Below, piece by piece: positions 57,266-64,000 of a DNA stretch of 64,000 nt. The notes under the pieces were generated by a model, which saw only the letters and a program-made list of their open reading frames with translations, searched no databases and had not been told where the DNA came from. The position numbers were made by a program, and so were the translations under genes. Source of the DNA: an uncultured Flavobacteriaceae bacterium (GTDB lineage Bacteria; Bacteroidota; Bacteroidia; Flavobacteriales; Flavobacteriaceae); NCBI GenBank assembly GCA_963795025.1, contig CAWCGN010000010.1, forward strand, positions 67,990-131,989. Direction: 5' to 3'. The stretch's first letter is position 1. Every line of letters begins with the position of its first letter.

Positions 57266-58307
57266 GGCGCCGGGGAAGCCCCAGTAGCTGAGACCCCAGC
57301 TGACGTTCGTGTTGAAGCCGAGGTGACTCGAGATCGCGTCGACGTAGACCGAGTTCGCCAGCACGCCGATCACCAACGCGCCGAGCAGGGCGATCATCAC
57401 GCCCCGGCGCACGTTGCCGCGGACCTCGCCGGCGATGTACGCGGAGTACTGGAAGCCGATGTACTGGAAGAGCAGCACGGACAGGAACAGCGGGAACACC
57501 GTGGTCGAGAAGATGTTGGAGATGAAGCTCTGACTGGGCGCGCCGAGGACCCCGCCCTTGACGCCGGACGCGGCGATCTGGGCCCGGTCACCCCGCCCGT
57601 GTAGTGCGGAAGGTTGTGATTGAAACTTCCGCGGTGGGTGGCCAGCAGGCCGAAGACGAACATGAGCACGAAGCAGGCACGCCAAACGCGGCCAGCGCGG
57701 TCACCACCCGGTGGAAGGTGCGGGTCGGCAGCACACAGATCGCCCCGATCCCCACAAGCACGACGAGTGACGCGATGAAGCCCGGAGTTCCCGTGATGCT
57801 GCCGGTCGCGTCAGTGAACCATGTGTTCGCGTTGGTGAAGAAATGGCCTCCGGCACCGATCCCGATGATCCGCGCCGTGATCTGCAGGTTGCGCAGCACG
57901 AGCGGGACCTCGAAGGCGATGATGAGCACGGAGGCGATGACCAGGGTCCACGACTCCAGCCAGCCCAGGAACGGGTGCAGGATCCGGCTCGTGAACACGT
58001 AGTCGCCCCCGGAGCGCGGCATCACCGAGGTCAGAGAGGCGAAGATCATCGCCAGCAGGACGCAGAACAGCCCGGCGATGATCGCGGCCCAGCCATAGGC
58101 GGAGAAGGGTCCCGCCCGCCAGACGTTCACATCCGCGAGCGAATAGAAGATCGGGTACAGCGTGAGTCCAACGCCGACGAACGCGGCGACGTTGAAGAAC
58201 AGCGCATTGGTCACGCTCACGTTGCGAACCAGCCCTGAGGACTGGCGCACGAACAGTTTGGGCGTGGTGCTCTGCTCGGCGGCAGAGCTTCCCGGTTGAT
58301 CAGCCAC
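57258..58307 (-). CDS. APC-superfamily amino acid/polyamine permease, frameshifted and C-terminally truncated at the junction
   Basis: LFVRQSSGLVR, MPRSGGDYVFTSR, YIGFQYSAYIAGEVR; GGAGG SD at 58314-58318. Confidence 0.82.
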
Positions 58308-58391
58308 GGCTTGCCTCCGTCTCAGTCGTCCGCGGGGGGCTCCAATTGGCGGCGCGAGCCTACCACCGCACCACCGCCAAGTCGGGATTTT

Positions 58392-59238
58392 TTACGCCTG
58401 GTCCGGATCGGCCAATGCGGCCGAATAGGCTCCGGCCGGCGGTCGGCCAGTGCGTCGTTGCGCGTCCCGTGTGCTTGTCACGCGCGCGGGCGAGATCGCA
58501 GACCGCCGAGAGCGTCTCGACGCCGCGGTTCGCCACCGGGCCGGCCCGCAGCCAGCCCTCCGGGTCAGCGATCACGCTGCCGCCCTCAAAGGCGACACCT
58601 CGCTCGCTGCCGCAGCGGTCACACACGGCCACGAACACGCGGTTGAAATAGGCGGTCGTCGCCGCGAGCAACGGCAGAATCGCGCGGCCGTTGGGCGGCG
58701 CCGGGTCGTGCGGCCAGTTCGCCGGCAGCGCGATCAGCTCGGCTCCGGCCAGGGCGAGTCCGCGCGTCAGCTCTGGGAACTCGATGTCGTAACACACGCC
58801 AAGGCCGATTCGCCCGTAACGGGTATCGACGACGGGCGCCGGTGCGTGACCCGGCGAGAACCACCTCGGCTCCTCGTCCCACAGGTGAAGCTTGCGGTAG
58901 ACGGCCTGTACACCGAGGCCGTCGACCAGTGCCGAGCTGTTGTACAGCCTGCCGTCTGCCCCCCGCTCGCAGAAGCCCCCAATGACGACCGCGTTCCCGC
59001 GTCCGGCCTCCTCGCTCCACCCGCGCAACAGTTCCCCATCACTGCGGACGGCGGCCGCTTCGACCTCCTCAGCGTGCTGGAACACGTACCCGCTGTTGCT
59101 GAGCTCAGGCAGGACCACAATCTGTGCGCCGTCGGTGACGGCGGCCGCGATGGCCTCACGCGTTATCCCCGGATTGCCTTCCGGGCGCTCGACGTCTGGC
59201 GAGAACTGACAGCACGCGATGCGAACGCTCGTGTCCAC
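58392..59238 (-). CDS. Carbon-nitrogen hydrolase (nitrilase superfamily; N-carbamoylputrescine amidase-like); indels near the C-terminus
   Basis: Glu-Lys-Cys triad motifs VVLPEL, YRKLHL and VCYDIEFPE; C-terminal NDALADRRPE motif in the shifted frame. Confidence 0.85.
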
Positions 59239-59337
59239 TGTGACCAGTGAACCATTTGGGCGAAGTCGAGGCTCGAACGTTGACCAGGGACGCCGTAGCG
59301 CTCTAGGCGGACCAAAAGGTAGTGTGGGATTTCAGTG

Positions 59338-60596
59338 ATGAGTGGAGACGAAACGCGGCTGTGGCATCCGTTCGCCGACATGGGCGCCGTCCGTCGGGGC
59401 GAGCTCGTGATCGAGCGCGGCGAGGACGTGTGGGTCTGGGACAGCGATGGTCGCCGCTATCTCGACGCCACGGCGAGCCTCTGGTACGCCAACGTCGGTC
59501 ACGGACGTCCCGAGATCGCCGCCGCCGTGGCCGACCAGATGGTCGCGGCTCGAGGCCTACTCAGCGTTCGGTGATTTCGCCAACGAGCCGGCGCGCGCGC
59601 TGGCCGAAATGCTCGCCGACCTGGCGCCGATGGAAGCGCGCGTGTTCCTCGGCTCGGGCGGAGGGGATGCGATCGACACGGCCGCGAAACTCGCGCGCCG
59701 CTACTGGTTTGAGCTCGGAGCGCCCGAGCGCACCCTGCTGATCAGCCGTACGGCCGGATACCACGGCACCCACGGGTTCGGCACCGCGCTCGCCGGCATC
59801 CCCGGCAACCGCGAGGGGTTCGGGCCCCAGGTCGAGACGGTCCAGGTTCCGCACGATTCGCTCGAGGCCATGGAGGCGGCGATCCGGAAGGCCGGCCCGG
59901 AGCGGGTCGCGGCCGTGTTCGTCGAGCCGGTGATCGGCGCGGGCGGGGTGTATCCGCCTGCGCCCGGTTACCTCGAGGGACTCGCCGTCCTGTGCGAGCG
60001 CACCGGGTGTCCTGCTCGTCATTGACTCCGTGATCTGCGGATTCGGTCGCCTCGGGACATGGTTCGGCATCGAGCGGTGGGGGATCGAGCCCGCGATGGT
60101 CACGTTCGCAAAAGGCGTCACGAGCGGCTACCTGCCGCTCGGCGGGGTCCTCGTGTCCGAGCGCATTGCCGAGCCGTTCTGGCGAGCGCCGGGCGGCCCC
60201 GTGCTCCGTCACGGGCCGACCTACGCCGCTCACGCGACGTGCTGCGCGGCCGCGCTGGCCAATATCGCCCTGCTGGCGCGCGACGGACTGCTCGAGCGGG
60301 GCCGCGAGCTCGAGAGGCCCCTGCTGGATGCGCTGACCCCGCTGGCCGATCACCCCTCCGTGGCCGAGGTCCGCGGCGGCGTTGGACTGCTGGCGGCGGT
60401 TGCCCTCACCGACGAGGCCATTGAGCAGCGCCCCGATGCGATCACCCGCATCGTGATGGCCGCGCGCGAGGACGGTGTGCTCCTGCGGCCGCTCGGCACA
60501 GCGGTCGCTGTGTCCCCGCCGCTGACCGTCGAGACCGAGCACTTCGCGCTGATAGCGGACGCCATCGAGCGTGGTCTCGAGGCGTTAGATGGTTGA
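59338..60596 (+). CDS. Class-III PLP aminotransferase (omega-amino acid/putrescine type); two indels
   Basis: LWHPF, RYLDATASLWYANVGHGR, YHGTH, VFVEPVIGAGG, VICGFGRLG, FAKGVTSGYLPLG, HGPTYAAH. Confidence 0.9.
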
Positions 60597-60629
60597 GTCT
60601 CCGGCCGTCGGAAGCAACCATCTGGGCGG

Positions 60630-60824
60630 CTAGAAGTCGCGATCGCGGCGGATGCGGATCTGCTCCTGCTCACGGACCGTCCGGAGCTTGCGCGCCCGCT
60701 GATGGGCGAGCTCGTTCTGTTGAGCGATGTCCTTGCAGAGATCGTCGAAGGCGGTGCTCGCCGTCGAGAGCCCGGGTCCCGGTCGTTGGCGGGCTGCTGA
60801 CTGCGTCTGAGTCTTTTTTGGCAT
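60630..60824 (-). CDS. Small basic coiled-coil hypothetical protein
   Basis: MPKKTQ...AFDDLCKDIAQQNELAHQRARKLR...RDF-stop, preceded by an AGGAG SD. Confidence 0.55.
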   Translation of the reverse strand: MPKKTQTQSAARQRPGPGLSTASTAFDDLCKDIAQQNELAHQRARKLRTVREQEQIRIRRDRDF

Positions 60825-60968
60825 CTGCACTCCTGAGCGCTCCGCTGGAAAACTGACCACAGAAAGAATGCGAGAGCGCGGCACTCAGGCGGTGGAGCTG
60901 CCTCTCACTCTAGTCTGCATTGCGTTGCCTCCGGGTGAGAGAGTCCTTGGCCGAACGGTCGCGGGCCT

Positions 60969-61373
60969 CTAACTGAAGGCGTTACGCTCGGCCTCGGAGA
61001 GCACGCGCTTGCCTCGCGCCGCTGGGTCCCACGCGACGACCACGGTGTGTCCGGACGCGGCCAGCTCCCCGTCGGGAAGCCGGATCTCGTGCTCCATGTG
61101 CAGGCTCGAAGTGCCGACGCGGGCAATCCGCACGACGACCTCCACCTGGCGATGATCCATCCGGACCTCGGTGTGGTAGTCGAGATCGACGTGGGCGAGG
61201 ACGTAGGCACCGTGCTCGCCATCCGAACCCAGGCGCCGTCCCATCTCGGTGATCAGCGCGGCCCGGCCCTCCTCGAGCAGCTCGTGGTACACCGACTGGT
61301 TGAGGTGGCCGAGCATGTCCATGTCTCGCCAGCGCAGGTGGACCTGTACTCGGTTCTCCAATGCGGGCGCCAC
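60969..61373 (-). CDS. Acyl-CoA thioesterase (4HBT/YbgC-like hotdog fold)
   Basis: RWRDMDMLGHLNQSVY...LEEGR, RVGTSSL. Confidence 0.88.
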   Translation of the reverse strand: MAPALENRVQVHLRWRDMDMLGHLNQSVYHELLEEGRAALITEMGRRLGSDGEHGAYVLAHVDLDYHTEVRMDHRQVEVVVRIARVGTSSLHMEHEIRLPDGELAASGHTVVVAWDPAARGKRVLSEAERNAFS

Positions 61374-61473
61374 GAGTCGGGCAGTCTATGTGCGTGGGGC
61401 TCCGCAGGCCCGGACGGGTTCAAGGCGTCAGGCAGTCGCTGGGGCCCGCGGCATCGCTGATGCCGATGAGGCG

Positions 61474-62520
61474 TTAGCGCGGACGCGCGTCAACGGTGAA
61501 GAAGTCACGAAAGTACGGCGCGAGAAACTGTCCGGGGATCCCGTGCTGCCCGGGGACGATGGGGAGCGGGGTTGGATTACTGCCGTGCGCGGGATGCGCG
61601 TAGACATAGCCGGCGACCCACGCGGGGTTGATGTCGAGCTCCAGGGCGCGGACGACGCCGACGCCAGCCAGCGCCTGCGCCAGCGCGCGCACGGAGAGGT
61701 TGTGGCCGGCGGCCCACACGAGATCGCCGCTCGGCGTGATCCCGAGGGCCGACCGAGCCACGATCGGCTGTTCGTGGAGCGGGTCTCCCCAGCACCGCTT
61801 GATACAGGTGTCCACCGTCGAGGCGATGTGTCCGTCGTCAATCAGCAGTCGGAGGTTCTGTCTCACCGCGGCCACCCGTCGGCCGGGCGCCGGGACTGTC
61901 TGCTGCCAGCCTCCGATATCGGCGGTCCCGCCGCGATAGATCACCACCGAGGCCGCACCCCGGCGCAGCGGCCAGCCGACCCGGCCGTCCTGCGCAAAGC
62001 CACCCGCCCCGTAGCTCTCCTGAAAGGCGCTGTTGAATGCGGCGACGACGCTCCGGCGTTCCGCCCCGGCGATCGTGTCGCCGTAGCGCCATCCGGCTCC
62101 ACCTGGTTGCGCTCCGCCGGCGTGCAGGGCCAGCATCACTCGCCTTTGGGCGAAGCGAAGGAGTGTGATCGTGAACCCAGGTTCGTGAAACGCCTTCACG
62201 CGTGAGATCCAGACCGCCGTTTGCCCGCGCACCGCGACGCCTGGGAGCCATCCGAACAATCCCGGACGGCGCGCCGCCGGCAAGACCAGGATGAGCCGCG
62301 GTCGCTTGGCTGGGGCGACTGAGCGGACTGAGGAGGTCGTGCTGGCCGTCGTGCGGGACGGCGTTGACATCGACTCCGAGGCGGACCCGGACGCCTGGCG
62401 TGAGGACGCGCTCGCCTTGGTTGCTGACGCCGGAGGATGGGACGCGCCACACGCGACGCAGGCCGCGAGCACCGAGGCCAGCGCCGAGGCAGACCCTATG
62501 CGCCTTGAGGTTCGGGGCCG
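61474..62520 (-). CDS. Phosphodiester glycosidase (NAGPA-like) family exported protein; start uncertain
   Basis: Within ORF 61474-62658: lipoprotein-like LASVLAACVACG, Ser/Thr linker, VAAFNSAF, VRQNLRLLID, ARSALG, RALELDIN. Confidence 0.65.
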   Translation of the reverse strand, partial: RPRTSRRIGSASALASVLAACVACGASHPPASATKASASSRQASGSASESMSTPSRTTASTTSSVRSVAPAKRPRLILVLPAARRPGLFGWLPGVAVRGQTAVWISRVKAFHEPGFTITLLRFAQRRVMLALHAGGAQPGGAGWRYGDTIAGAERRSVVAAFNSAFQESYGAGGFAQDGRVGWPLRRGAASVVIYRGGTADIGGWQQTVPAPGRRVAAVRQNLRLLIDDGHIASTVDTCIKRCWGDPLHEQPIVARSALGITPSGDLVWAAGHNLSVRALAQALAGVGVVRALELDINPAWVAGYVYAHPAHGSNPTPLPIVPGQHGIPGQFLAPYFRDFFTVDARPR

Positions 62521-62610
62521 CACGCCCACCGGGCGGAGTCTCGCAGACGACCCTGCGCGAGCATGCTCCATTCGCCGCCGCGTCCGATGGTGGGGTGGAT
62601 ACTGTGCGCG

Positions 62611-63288
62611 ATGGCGGTGATCGCGGCCTTGAACGGAGGGCGCTCGAGAGCGGAGCACTCAGCGGTGCCACTTACCCCGGCTGAGCTTGCCGCCGACGCC
62701 ATCGCGGTCCGGCGCGCGGGGGCGTTCGCCGTGCACGTGCACCCTCGCGGTCGCAACGGCGCGCAGACGATCGACCCGAAGGCGTGTGACGCGGCAGTCG
62801 CCGCGATCCGTGCTGCGGTTCCGCGGATGCCCATTGGTCTCTCGACGTCAGCGGCAATTGATGCCGATCCATTTGCGCGGGCCGCCGCGATCACGGGCTT
62901 TAGCCAACGACCCGATTTCGTCTCGGTGAACCTCTCGGAGCTCGGCTGGGCGGGAATTGCCCGGGCCGCGTTGCACGCGGGGATCGCGATCGAGGCAGGA
63001 CTGGCCACGCCGGAGGAGGCCGAGGAGCTCGGGCGCAGCCCGTTCGCTCATCAGGTCCTCCGAGTGCTGATCGCGGTTGATGGTGGCCCGGGGGAGGCCG
63101 GGGCGATCGCGCAGCTCGCGCCCGACGGCATCCCACAGCTCTGGCATGGCCACGGCGCATCGACGTGGGATGTGGTGGCGGCTGCCGGCGCAACCGGCAT
63201 CGACGTACGCATCGGACTGGAAGACGTGCTGGTGTTGCCCGACGGGCGCCCGGTCGCAGATAACGCCGAGCTCGTCGCGGGGCGGTGA
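62611..63288 (+). CDS. Beta-keto acid cleavage enzyme (BKACE / DUF849)
   Basis: AALNGGR...HSAVPLTPAELA, VHVHPR metal motif, LWHG, RIGLEDVLVLPDG...DNAELV. Confidence 0.87.
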   Translation: MAVIAALNGGRSRAEHSAVPLTPAELAADAIAVRRAGAFAVHVHPRGRNGAQTIDPKACDAAVAAIRAAVPRMPIGLSTSAAIDADPFARAAAITGFSQRPDFVSVNLSELGWAGIARAALHAGIAIEAGLATPEEAEELGRSPFAHQVLRVLIAVDGGPGEAGAIAQLAPDGIPQLWHGHGASTWDVVAAAGATGIDVRIGLEDVLVLPDGRPVADNAELVAGR

Positions 63289-63329
63289 CCCTCATAACGA
63301 CCCAAGGCACGACGAAGGAGTGACACCGG

Positions 63330-63741
63330 ATGGCTACGGTTAGCGTTCGTTACATCGTCAACGATGTCGATGCGGCAATCGAGTTTTATTGTCGGCATCT
63401 CGGCTTCGCGGAGGTGATGATCCGGGCCCGACGTTCGCGATGCTCTCCCGTGGCGATCTTCGTCTGGTGCTGAGCGCCCCAAGTGGCGCTGGTGGCGGTG
63501 GTCAGTCGATGCCAGACGGGACCAGGCCGAGCCCGGCGGCTGGAACCGCTTCATGCTCGAGGCGCCCGATCTGTCCCACATCGTGAGCGAACTCCGTGGG
63601 TCGAAGGCCAGGTTCCGAAACGAGATCGTGATTGGGGTCGGCGGCAAACAGATCTTGCTCGAAGACCCGTCGGGCAACCCGGTCGAGCTGTTCGAACCGA
63701 CGCGGTCCGAGGCCGCGCTCTCCCCCCAGGAACGTGGCTAA
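63330..63741 (+). CDS. VOC/glyoxalase family protein; indels
   Basis: MATVSVRYIVNDVDAAIEFY...RGDLRLVLS...WNRF...GGKQILLEDPSGNPVELFE; AAGGAG SD. Confidence 0.85.
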
Positions 63742-63773
63742 CCCGCCCGAGGCAATAGAAAAGGACGCGGAAA

Positions 63774-64000
63774 TTGAAAACGATGACATGTCAACAATTG
63801 GGTGGCCCATGTGATTTCGCCCACCATGGGACGACCGCTGATGAGGTGATAAAGGCGCAAGACAAGCCACCTCAATGACATGGTCGCCGGGGGTGATGAA
63901 ACCCACCAAAGTGCCTTGAAGGAGATGAAGGGCAGGTGGAAAAGCATCCCATCTCAGGAATGGCCTGGTACAGAAAGGCCAAGCGTGACTTTGCCGCCCT
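63774..64000 (+). CDS. Small Cys/His protein (DUF1059-like), two +1 indels, runs off window end; not in ORF track
   Basis: TTG start after AAGGA; corrected reading MKTMTCQQLGGPCDFAHHGTTADEVIKAQDKHLNDMVAGGDETHQSALKEMKGRWKHPISGMAWYRKAKRDFAA. Confidence 0.6.

Noticed and set aside
57173-57685. ORF spanning the junction as a fusion gene
   Set aside because: It is the permease frame reading through into the antisense strand of upxY, a product of the chimera
63838-63901. CTGATGAG...GAAA resembling a hammerhead ribozyme core
   Set aside because: The stem after CUGAUGA closes onto UCAA rather than GAAA, no convincing stems I/III are present, and the region reads as protein-coding
57260-63950. Many overlapping Arg/Pro/Ala-rich ORFs on both strands
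   Set aside because: Shadow ORFs expected in high-GC DNA, where stop codons are rare; each overlaps a recognisable gene
57258-64000. Genomic island or HGT into Flavobacterium
   Set aside because: No mobility genes, att or IS ends; truncated gene at the boundary; no sign of amelioration. A chimera is far more parsimonious

Overview
The window joins two unrelated DNAs. Bases 1 to ~57257 are AT-rich core genome of a Flavobacterium-like member of Bacteroidota, judged from TAnnTTTG promoters, SD-poor starts, SusC/SusD and UpxY. This part carries an S46 dipeptidyl peptidase, a 2186-aa alpha-2-macroglobulin, mpl, radC, yjjG, rarA, a rhomboid protease, rlmB, a SusC/SusD pair and an Omp85-like gene. 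It continues with the str/S10/spc/alpha ribosomal cluster, carA, eno, gltA, two amidinotransferase-fold hydrolases, marC, recR and the start of a capsule locus (wza, wzc, epimerase, ugd, upxY). At ~57257 the sequence switches abruptly to very GC-rich, actinobacterial-looking DNA that starts inside a truncated APC permease. That part continues with a carbon-nitrogen hydrolase, a class-III aminotransferase, a thioesterase, a NAGPA-like protein, a BKACE (DUF849) enzyme, a VOC protein and an uncalled DUF1059-like gene. The junction is best explained as a read or assembly chimera, and the many single-base frameshifts in essential genes as long-read indel errors. The most interesting biology I can support is (i) a SusC-type N-terminal module (CarboxypepD_reg-like domain, TonB-box-like motif, plug) inserted into the thioester-bearing alpha-2-macroglobulin, and (ii) candidate structured ribosomal leaders upstream of rplC, rpsH, rpsD and rplQ. 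I saw no CRISPR array, tRNA/rRNA, transposase or defence system. All family calls come from motif recognition, not database searches.
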